Below, in pieces: positions 37,130 through 50,267 of a stretch of 64,000 nucleotides of DNA (position 1 is its first letter; the number at the start of each line of letters is the position of its first letter). The translations under genes and the position numbers were made by a program. The notes beneath the pieces are model-generated. The model had not been told where the DNA came from and did not search any database. It was given only the letters and a program-made list of their open reading frames with translations. The stretch is from Phaeosaccion multiseriatum (Eukaryota; Protista; Ochrophyta, other classes), in contig OZ218962.1 of assembly GCA_965112735.1 (NCBI GenBank), positions 2,604,001 through 2,668,000 of the forward strand, in the 5' to 3' direction.

Positions 37130-40100
37130 GCGGCAACCACATGGCACCGCGAAAACGAGCACCCCTTCCCCAGGGGGGCGCAAAGAGGGGCAAGCACCTT
37201 TGGCGCCAGAGCAGGAGGAACGGGGGGCGGAGCAGGAGATTGACCTTGATGAGGAGGATGGGGATGAAGCAGAGAATGAGTCCGATGCCGGAGAGCAGAA
37301 GAGCAACAGCGTCGATGGAGAGGGAGGGGCGGCAGGAAAGGGAGAGGAGGTGATGCCTGTGCGAGCCGTCCGCGAGCGAGGAGGCCTGCTTGCGGCCCGC
37401 TTCGCCAATGCAGACACAGCTGCCGTACCACCAAGTGCTGCTGCTGCTGCTGCCGCTCAAGACGATCGGGGCTCCGAGGCGGAGGAGGAGGAAGACGAGA
37501 CCGAGCCAGAGCACATGGGCACCGGGGCGGCGGGCAGTGGCGAGAGCAGCATGGCACACCTGCGTAAGAGGCGAAACGGCCCTTCTTCTTCCTTCTCCTC
37601 GCAATCAGCGGCGGCCGCACGGGGCGGTGGTGACAAGCATGACGAAATGCAGCAGCAGCAGCAGCAGGAGGAGGAGGAGGAAGGGGGCGATGTAGACATG
37701 GACGATGAGCCAGAGGCGGAGGAGGAGAGTGATGATGATGATGAAGAGGAGAAGGCGCAAGAGCCAGCACCGAAGAGAGCTCGTAACGGCTCCAGAGCCG
37801 CTGCAGGCCCCGCAGCCGCCGCGAGTAGTAGCAGGAGCAGCAGCAAGGGTGAAGGGGGGCGACGTAGCGCTGGGGCGGGCGTCAGTGCGAGCAAGAGACC
37901 AAGGCAGGTGGCTAAAGAGCATGGCCCAGGCTCAAGCACTGAAGCCTCCGCAGCAGCGGGTGGCCACGGGAAGGCCTCAGGCGCGAAGCCCGGCGGGGTT
38001 GGGAAGGGCAAACAGAAGGCTGCAGCTGCGAAGGGTGCGAGTGCAGGAAAGGCAGCAAAGGCTCCAGCAGCGACCAAAGGGAAGGCAAGATCCGCGCCCA
38101 GCAAGGTCAGTACCAAGGCCAATACCAAGGGCAATGGCAAGGGCACGGGCAAAGCTCCCACCAAGGCGGCGGCGGCCGTTGTGACGAAGAAGGCAGCAGC
38201 ATCGAAGGCGAAGGGCGGGACGGGAGTAGCAAAGACGGGACGGGGAGGGGGCAAGGGCAAGGGGAAGGCGGCCAAGGCAGCTGCCAAGTCGGTGAAGAAG
38301 GGCGCCTCGGCATCCGCCAAGAAGGCCACAGCAGCAGCAGAGGAAGAGGAAGAGGAAGACGAAGACGAGGAGAGTGGAGCAGGGGGGGCGCGTCCGCTGT
38401 CTTCCTTCTCTTCGTCCACGCAAGGGAGCGCAGCCGCCAGCACAAAGGTACATGCGGGGGTTGGGAGTTCTTTGCCGTCGGAGCTTCCCTCTTTTGTCTT
38501 TGTGTGGACACCTTCCGAGGGCATAGGACCAAAGTTTCAATCATACCCGCACCAAGTATTGCTCTCAACTCGTTCATTATCCCCTCTGACTAAGAACCCT
38601 TTCTGACACATGCACGCACCCACACACATACACACACGCACACACACATACAGGAGTCCATGCACATGTCACTCTCGGGCTTCGACGAGGAAGACCGCGC
38701 TATGCATGCCGCCATCATCGCCCGTCTCGCCAAGGAGCACCCCAACGTCAGGCTGGTGGACTGCAAGGACCCACTCAAGCCTTTCACGCACCTCATCATT
38801 CGAGACCGGAAGGTATGTGGGCAAGTATTGAATGGATGGGAGTAGGGGGGAGGGGGAGGGGAGAGGAGGAGGCGTCCCTGCCCCACAGTGGGGAATCACG
38901 CGCACACCCACAGACGCCTTGTGTGCTCGTGCTCGTGCGCGGAGTGTTGCTGTGGAACAAGGGTGCATTTCGCTTTCACTGCTTTGTGTACTCGCAGGAG
39001 CACAGCTCTCTGCCCATCCGTGGGCGTGCGTGTGTGGGGCGTGTATATGTGCGCGAGTGTGCGTACGTGTGTGGGCGGACGTTTTCTCTGCCCTTGTGTT
39101 CCCCTTCCTTCTACATCTTACTCAACGCTCCTCCCTCGCCATACCCAACCGTGCGCCCCCTCCCTTCGTCCCTCTTCCTCCTCCTCCTCCTCCTCCTCCT
39201 CCTCTTCCTCCTCTTCCTCCTCCTCCTCCTCCTCCTCCTCCTCCTCCTCCTCCTCCTCCTCCTCCTCCTCCTCCTCCTCCTCCTCCTCCTCCTCCTCCTC
39301 CTCCTCCTCCTCCTCCACCACCACCACCACCACCACCACCACCACCTCTCTGTAGGTACGCACTCTCAAGACGCTCGTGGCTCTCTGCCGCCCCGGCTCC
39401 ATGGTGCTCTCTCCACAGTGGGTGCTGGAGAGCCTCACCGCAGGCCGCTGCCTGGACCCCACTCCCTTCCAGTTGGCAAGGTGAGTAAGCCAACAGGGTT
39501 TGTTACTGAGTTAACGGCGCCACCTCACAGGACCCGCTGGCTTTGTTGGATTCGCCTTCGATCCTTCCCCTCTGGCCTCTGTGCTCGAGTCGGCAAAGCA
39601 GGGCTTCTCTTGGTGGCTTGTATCGATCTATCACTTGCCTCCCGTCCCCTCATTCCATGCTCCAACTGGCTTCCTCTCCTCACTATTTGCCTGCTGCTTT
39701 TTTCGGGTTTCTTCTCTCTTGGTGCTGGTGACGTACCTAAACCCAACCTTTTCTCACCCAATCCCTGTCCCCGTCCCAAAAAACAGATACATCCAATCGG
39801 ACCCCAACGACCCTCACCGCTCCACCCTACTGCGAGGAGAACGCATCTTTCTTGGGCCACTCCACGACCCCAACCCCGACTTTCGCTCCATTGTGGCCCA
39901 GCTGGTGCGCCTGGCAGGGGGGACGTTAGTCGACAAGCCTCGTGGAGCTACCATCGTTTTGCTGGACAACAATAAGGGGAGGACTTGGTTGCTGCAGAAC
40001 GTAGAGAACGCCCCCTTTGGAACAGCAGCAGGAGGAGGAGAAGGAGAAGAAGGGGAGGAGGAAGGGAGTGACGGAGAAGGAGCGGGCGGCGGCGGCGGCG

Positions 40101-40312
40101 GCAGCGGCAGTAAGAAGGCTCACACGGGTGTGCAGACCTCATCGTGGAGCGCGCTTCGCAACCTCATCAAGAAGAGGCGAGTGCTCAAGCTTGAGTGGCT
40201 CTTCGACTGCATCGAAGGCAGCCACCCGGTCGAGGCCAGCCCGGCGGGGTTCGTTGTGGAGACGGGGACGGACACCGTTAGCATGGACATCAGCCCTAGC
40301 CCGTACTTCTGA
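34723..40312 (+). CDS. MCPH1: Microcephalin-like protein: N-terminal BRCT, long disordered linker, C-terminal tandem BRCT; 7 exons
   Basis: N-BRCT FSGVVAFIDVRT..SSNYGMKLTKHGGK....NITHIVWKHG...VLASAQWIDESIKAGK resembles MCPH1 (DVVAYVEV..LVDMGAK..VTHVIFKDG..VSVLWVEKC..AG). C-terminal THLII..RTLKTLVAL..VLSPQWVLESL and QLVRLAGG...EWLFDCI. Exons 34723-34863, 35002-35148, 35407-35445, 35592-38447, 38654-38812, 39356-39480, 39787-40312. Confidence 0.7.
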
Positions 40313-40472
40313 GAGGGCGGAGAGGGTGGAGGGTGGAGGTGGAGGTGGAGGTGGCGGAAAAATTCGAATTTGATGTCAAGTTGACGACGATTGGAGAAAT
40401 GGGGGTCTCAGGGGGTGAACGAGTTCGAGGAGAAGGGAACTCTCCCTCCGGGGTGAGGAGTATGTCTTGAAC

Positions 40473-41104
40473 AGAGGGTGGGTATGGGGCTTGGGAAGAG
40501 AGCCCTCCCCAATTTCGTGAGAGCCGAACGTGGGTGACCTGCGATGCACTATGCTTGAGGGGGGGTGTGTCTCTTCTCTTGCCGGCCTTGTGGAAGAGAG
40601 CGGCCGCTTCTCTGTAGCTGCGACGGGCTTGAGGATATAGCTGCGACAGGCTTGAGGACTGGTGGCGGAGATGCTGCTGGCTAGAGAGGGGGAAACGTAG
40701 CAGCAGCAGGGGCAGGGGAGCAGTAGTACATATGTGTGCGTGCGTGTGGGGAAGGTTCTCTTGGTGGAGCTTGTGTGTGTACACTCCAAGCACATGTGCC
40801 CGCAGCACACCCCAGGCGCAAGGCCGCAGCGTACGCCACTCAAAGCGAGCGGCCGGAGAGGAGAGGAGAGGAGAGGCTGTGGCTGAGGCACGCTGTACGG
40901 GGCATGCATTGCTTTGGCACGGCCGCCGGCTGCGGGAGGTAGGGTCATATGGTCGATGGTCAGGGAGGGGGCACGCTGCTTCCAGAGCCCCACCGGGAAG
41001 GGAGGGGGGAGGGAGGGCGCAGTGGTATGAGGGGCCGCTGGAGGCTGGCCACGGTCCAATTGTAGAAATTGCGACATTAGGTTTCTAAGAAGCAGACTCT
41101 GAAG
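40473..41104. repeat. Inverted copy of 24393-25105
   Basis: The reverse complement matches the copy-A 3' flank but lacks a ~60-bp stretch after the stop codon. Confidence 0.9.
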
Positions 41105-43189
41105 CTATCGTTCACTTCTTTTTCGCTTCCAAGACGGCTGCTCAGAGACGCTATCCTCACTCTCTCCATCCCCCCCCCCCTCCAGCTGAAACCCGTACTC
41201 GCCCATCAGCGTCTTTACCTCCCTGGCCATGCCCTCCAAGCAGAAAAATTCCGCTGCCTGGAGAGCCTGCTTCGCTCTAACGTCGTCGAAAAGCTTCACA
41301 CGCTCCCTCTTCTTCGTGTCTGTGCTACTCGCCGCCCCTGCTCCTCCCGTGCTGCTGCCGCCGCTCCTGCTGCTAGCGCGCCCCTCTCCCGGTCTTCTCG
41401 TCAGCATCTTCTCCACACTGCCCGTGGTCACGAACTTCACCACAGCCTCAAAGCCGTCCTCGGTAAAGTCCACACCATCATACTCCAGCTCTACACGCTT
41501 CATCTCCTTCCTGCCCTTGCTCTTTCCCTCGCTCTTTCCCTTGCTCTTCTCCCCGCCCTTGTAGCCGTGCTTCCTCGGGTCGAGCATGTTCGGAAGAATG
41601 CCTGCCGCGGAGGCCGAGCGACCTGTGGAGGTCTTCGCTCTCTCTTCCTGTCCCCCAGTGACCCTCGCCGCCAGCCGCTCCATCAAAGGGATGCTCAAGG
41701 CGTACTCCTTCTCGCCCCTCTCTCCACTGCCCCTATGCACCAGCCGAACCCGCACAGTAGTGTCATCCTTCTCATCCGCAGCACCGCTCATCGTGGAAAG
41801 ATAGTGGGTAGAAACGGTGTCCAGCCTGTCTGTAACAGCATCACGCTGCTCTATTCCTTTTCGGAAGAATGAGGCAAGGACACCCCCGAAGCCTACCTCT
41901 CCTGCCACAGCGATGGTCCTTTCGTCAACAGCAGCGCCCATCTTCAGCAGGAACCGAGCCACCTGTCCACGCGCCTCCCTTTCTCCTGGTGATATTTCCC
42001 AAGCCTTCAGTTGTTCCGACACTTTGCCTTGAGATGGCCGCATGCACGATACCAAAGGACTCTCGCCATCATCGGTGAGGGCATCGACCGAAGCGTCAGC
42101 CTCCACCAGGGGGTACACTAGCTCCATGCTGCCCAGGGCGGCCGCGATATGCAGTGCGGTGATCGAATTCTTGTCCTTGATGTGAACAGAGGCATCCGCG
42201 ACGATCAGCTCGCCGACAACGTCCACGTGGCATTTGCCGACAGCGAGCAGGAGGGGAGTGCTGCCATATGAGCTCACAGCATCAAGAGGTGCACCGCGGC
42301 GAATGAGCTCCCTCACACATCCCAACTGTCCATCGTAAGAGGCCAAGTGGAGCGGAGTCTCCGAATCGTTGTTCGTTGCATCGATCTGCAGCCCTCTTCC
42401 CACAAGAATGGGGATGCAATGCTCATTTCCGACTGACACGGCAAGGTTCAGAAGACTGTCGCCATATTCGTCCTTCACCTGCACATCTGCGCCTTTCTTG
42501 AGCAACATCGACAGAGCCTCGGCCCGCTCGGTTGGTGAGCCTCCACTCCCTTTGCAGCAGGACTGGGCAGGCGTGTCACCATCCTCATCCTTCTCAAATA
42601 CATTGGCCCCAGCTTTGAGCAACATCTCCACACACTCAGGCCTTCCATTCCAAGCCGCCAGGTGCAAGGCGTAGCTTCCCTCCCATTTGGCCCCATGCTT
42701 CATCAAGTACCAGACTATCATGGGCTGGCCGGCCAGAGCCGCAAGGCTTAGAGCTGTCCGTCCGGCATCACTCTTGATGTTGACATTCGCACCCGCCTCC
42801 ACTAGTCCCTTCACCAAGTCAAAGTTCCCCTTCCATGCAGCTTCGTGGAGAGCAGTCTCTCCTAAAGAAAAAAAAACGAGATCGCCATCTTCACTACTTC
42901 ATTTTTTTTCGTTTACTCCGCACTCCTTCAGGAGCTTGACAGCCTCCAGCATCCTCGTAACCTTCACCTCCGAGCAGCGTGTCTTCTTGCTCTTCTCAGC
43001 ATCGGCGAGGTAGTGCAGCGGACCATATCCGTTCGTCTTTAGCTTCTCGACATCGACAGTACAGAGGACGGCCTTGAGCAAGAGCAGGAGGTCTTCCTTG
43101 CTGCTGCCCCAGCCCAACGCCTCCTGCTCATTTCTCCTCTCATACCACTCCTGCACCTTCCCGGCAATCCTCTCCCGCTCCACACTCAT
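41105..43189 (-). pseudogene. Ankyrin + BTB-like paralog (copy C) with one in-frame TGA at 42899-42901
   Basis: ORFs 42899..43261 and 41105..42817 are in the same frame and together cover all of copy B. The stop lies in an A8/T9-containing divergent patch (CGVNEKK*SSEDGDLVFFSLGETAL). Confidence 0.7.
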
Positions 43190-43337
43190 CTCTGTTCTTG
43201 TAAATGACGTTAAAGAAGGAGAAAGAAGAAAGAGAAAAAGAGGAAAGAGAAAAAGAGCCATTTGTGAAGGGCCTTGGATGCAGACTCAGCTTGGCTGGCT
43301 GGGGCTATCTCTCTCTCTCTTTTTATGACCGGTTTTG

Positions 43338-43951
43338 GTGGGGCGAGATGCCCCACTCGGTGAAAGTGGGTATTTTTAGTACCCAATTTTTTTAAAAGTG
43401 GGTATTTTTAGTACAGTACCCAATATGGACCAGTAGCGCCCCTCCCCCCCCCCCTCCTTTTTTGTGTGTGTATCTCTCCCCTCCTCCTCCAAAATATACT
43501 ACGCTATGATATGACGATTTAATGGTATTACCACGATAACAATGGTATTCATATTTACAGACACACTTAGTGTCCGTCCTCAATCATGCATGGCTTACAG
43601 TAGTAGTCAAAATCGCCTTCCGCAAAACCCTTGCTGTCGCAAAACTCGACGGTGCACATGTGGTGCACGAGGTTTCCACACGCTCTTTCGGATGGGCAGA
43701 GGAACAGCTTGACTTGCGAGGGCTTAGTACAGCCATACGAGCATGTGAAGGCCATGTCTCCCTCTCTCAAGCCGCCCAACGACGGCGCTGCTGACGCGGC
43801 AGCAGCGGCAGTAGCGGCCGCAGCGGCCGCATCAGAGGCAGCAGCAGAAGCAGCATCAGAAGCAGTACCAGTACCAGTACGCTGTTTTTTTTGGGCCCCC
43901 CTTCCCCCACCCCTTCCTCCTCGTCCTCCTCCGGCTCCGCCTCCTCCTGTT

Positions 43952-43985
<34 letters not shown>

Positions 43986-46897
43986 TGCTGCTGCCACCTC
44001 CCTCCTCGTCGTCCTCTGCACCGCTATCACCTCCATCCCCCTCCTTCGACTCGTCTGCACCAGTGCCACTTTCCTTCGCCCTCGCCCGCTTCGCCCGTTT
44101 TTTCGCGTCCGCCTGCTGCGCGCTCCATAAATTATACACGGTGGTCCACACCAGCTGATTGAAGCGGCGCTTGTGAGAATCAGAACGAGACTTGATGTCA
44201 AAGGCGTCTTTGACTGCGTCAAACATGCTTCGCGCTTCTTCAAGCGTCGGCTTGTCCTTCCAGAGCCCCTTTTCTTTCGCCGCGGATTCAATCGCACCCA
44301 TCAAACAGCAAAATTTTGACATCCTTCGCTTCTCCGCCCTCCCCTGCACGTCTGCTGTCGTGAATTCTCGAAGGCGAGGAGTGCCTGTCATCCAAGCATC
44401 CCAAGCAGCGCGCACAGTGAAGCTAGGGACCTCAAAGTGCTCGGGAAGGGTATGCCACCGGCCGTTGTAGAGATACAGAGGTGGCTGATCTGCACCTGCA
44501 CAAGAAGAAGAAGAGGGCGGGGCGCTGCTCGAACCCTCACCAAGGCCCAGAGTGCCTGCCTGGTGAGCCGCGAGAAGGTCGCTGAGCCCACTCTTAGAAA
44601 AGGCTGCGTCGAGGGTCGTCTGCAGGGCCCTGCTCACACCCAGACTGGTGACAGTGCCAGAGGCCTGTGCATTCTCCTCCAGAACGTCACGGATCAGCGT
44701 CTCCAAGTCGACCTTGATCGTCTGGCCCAACACCTCAAGCTTGCCGCCTAGAGAGGCCACGCTGTCCGCCACGACTTGGAATTGCCTCAGCTGCACGACG
44801 TGGGGAGGAATCCCGGTTGCAGAAATCTCGTCCGTCTCGTCCGGATACTTCAGCACGACATGCTCTGAAAGGTCCGCCAGCAACCTTTGATCTCGGAAGA
44901 GCTGTGTCGTGAAAAGAGGGTGATTCTCCTGAAGAGTGCTGCGCAGAAAGCCGGCGTGGTACACCACACTGGCAAGACAGAATTCAGCCACCTTCCTCAA
45001 TCTCAGCGGCACGTCCCTGAAGCAGCTCACAATGGCTCCCGCGAGCACGTCTTCAATGCCCTCCTTCGCTGTGCCGTCCACCTTGAGGCGCTGAAAAAAG
45101 GGAGGAAGCAATGCAAACTCCTTCGCTGAGATGTTCGCGCCGGAGGCAGCCCGGCCCACATACTGATCTGCTGCATTGATGGGGTTGAAGTAGATGCCCT
45201 GCACGCCGGGAAGAGACCATCCCATAAGTTGCACAGCAATTGGGTTGGGAGCAGCGGACGAGCCGCTTGTGACGTGCGAGGCAGCGCCCTTGCGCCCAGA
45301 ATGAGTGCCGAGGTCCTCTGGAGTCAGCCCCATGCCTTCCAAAATGGACGAGTTCGCCGCCGCCGTACGTCTGACGAAGCCGCAATACCTATCGTACTGA
45401 TTGTTGCCAGCGAACAGCGCGTTCTTCTCAAAACCAAAGCTCAGGAGGTAAACACCAAGCGCGAGGACGGGGCAGATCTCCGGCATGATTGGATTCGCGT
45501 AGACGTGGCGAGGATGTCGGGCCTTCTCTCCCAGCTGATCGCCCTTTTGCTTCCCAAAATAGACGCAGAGCGCGTCCCCCTTCCACTCGAGATGATCGAG
45601 ACAAATCTCCACACAGTTGGTGGCGCGGCACATCAGATTCCAGGAGAGAACGAGGAAGGGGTGGCCAAAGGCGCCCTGTCTGTGCCCGTTCTCACAGACT
45701 GCCGAGCTCAGCATTGCTGCGATGTACACAAGCGAAGGAAACAGTGGCAACCAAAGACGGCGTCAGGGCTAGGAAGTGAGTGGGGGGCATTCAATGCATC
45801 AGCCACTTGTCTCCACCCACTCCACTAGTTTCCACTGTCCACTGACTCCACACAGCTGGGAATTTACCTTTGGCAAGAGCGCGGTAGAGAGCGAACGGCA
45901 TGGGAGCCTTCCCTTCTCTGACTTCGACATTTCCCTCCTGCTTCTCTCCTGCGATCGTCCTCTTCAGCCCCTTGGTGAGCGTCGCAAGGTCGCTTTGCAA
46001 TTTGCGGTGCTGTTCCTCCTGATGGTAGTCTCTGTACAGATTGAAGAGTGCAGAGCGTTTCGACTGTGCACCGGCCTTGGATAAGCCCTTCGGCCCCTTC
46101 TTGACTTCAAGCAGCCACCCGAAGAACGCGTCGGCTGTCAGCAGATGGAACAGCAAAGGGTGCGGCGCCCGAGGTGCTTGGATCAAGTGTGCCTTCACCC
46201 GCTTCGTCCACTGCGCCTCAGCCTTCTTCTTGGCCTTTGCTTGGGCTTTCGCTGCTCTCGACACCTCAGCCGGCGTCTGCTGTGCCGCTGCAGTGGCACC
46301 ACCCGCTCCGCCAGGTGCGGCGGCTGCTGCGGCTGCTGCTGCTCTCCTCTGTGCTTCCTCCTCTTCCCCATCTTCCCCGTCTTCCTCCTCTTCCCCTTCC
46401 GGTGGAGCAAATGCTGTCCTGAAGTCAGGGTCCAGAAGCTCCGGGTGCTTGCGGAAGAGGTATCGGATCAGCATGGTGGAGGCGCATGCATATCCACTTC
46501 TCGAGCGTGGGGCGATGGTGTTGTTTCGGAGGTTCTGAATCTGCTGCTGCTCTGCAGTAAGCGGTGCTTCTTCCCCCTCTGCTGCTGGTGCTTCCGGAAC
46601 CGTAGCAACAGCGACGTCAGCCATGGTATGCTCTGTTCTCCTGCAAATTCACGTGGGAGATGCCCCTCCCACCACTGGCATCAGCTGTTACAGCCGGGTA
46701 TCGTCCGCGCAGCCGCTGCTCCTCTTACATAGCTGCCCTGTGCAAATATGCTGATGCTGTGAATGAATAAAAATCCATGTGGGGAGGGGGGGGAGAATGC
46801 CCCACAACCAAAAAATATTGGATAAAAAACTTGAAAAACGAGCATTTGTGGCCCATAAAATATCCAAAACCATAATTTCGTGGGGCAGGTGCCCCAC
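43338..46897 (-). mobile_element. Crypton-type tyrosine-recombinase DNA transposon, ~3.56 kb, apparently intact
   Basis: Single tyrosine-recombinase gene with AT-rich ends. Each end carries a GTGGGGC-N-GCCCCAC palindrome (43338-43356 and 46880-46897). The boundaries are inferred. Confidence 0.72.
43567..46624 (-). CDS. Crypton tyrosine recombinase, 968 aa, 2 exons (46624-45868 and 45716-43567), with a C-terminal PHD-like Cys/His finger
   Basis: Phase-1 GT-AG intron (AAAG|gtaaat...cgcag|CAATG). Catalytic residues R (WNLMCRATN), K (KQKGDQ), HxxR (GTHSGRKGAA), W (GWS) and Y (VQGIY), plus the Crypton-type blocks RHVYANP..PEICPVLAL, DQYVGR, FALLPPFF and SATGIPPHV. Confidence 0.88.
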
Positions 46898-46947
46898 ATC
46901 ACGGTACTATTAGACATACGGACTACAGAGAACTTTTTCTCTCTCAA

Positions 46948-49768
<2,821 letters not shown>

Positions 49769-50267
49769 AAGCTCTCCTTCATGGGAATACGATTGGGGCG
49801 GTTTGGCCTGGGCTGTTTAGAAAACATAGCTCTCATTTGTGTGTGTGTATGTGTGTGTGTGTCACCTCCAGCGTATAACGCCACTCTCACGGATCAAAAG
49901 AACACAAAACATATATTACATACAGCACCGACGTCCTCTGCCTTCCCTGTGTTGGTGGGTGGGGATGGCCCCTCTTACGTAAGTGTTACATACGGGGAGG
50001 GGAACTTCTCCCCACCACTTCCAAGCCGGTCTTGTTTCTGCCTGCCTAGTTGGAACCACCATGGCCTGACAACTAGACGAGTGGTGCATACACGGGTTCT
50101 CTCCCCGACTTTGCTCTTCGCACAAAATTGTTCTTCATGAAACCACGTACGCACTTAAACGCTTGTAGGTAACATAATGATACAACAAAAACTACACACC
50201 TCTCACCTCTGGCCATTAACCCAAGCAAGGCTTGCTCCGACGGCGGGAGGGAGCGGCGTTACTGACG

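Noticed and set aside
43424-43428. TATGG as a Crypton terminus
   Set aside because: I could not find a matching same-strand TATGG at the other end; the palindromes give a better-supported boundary.
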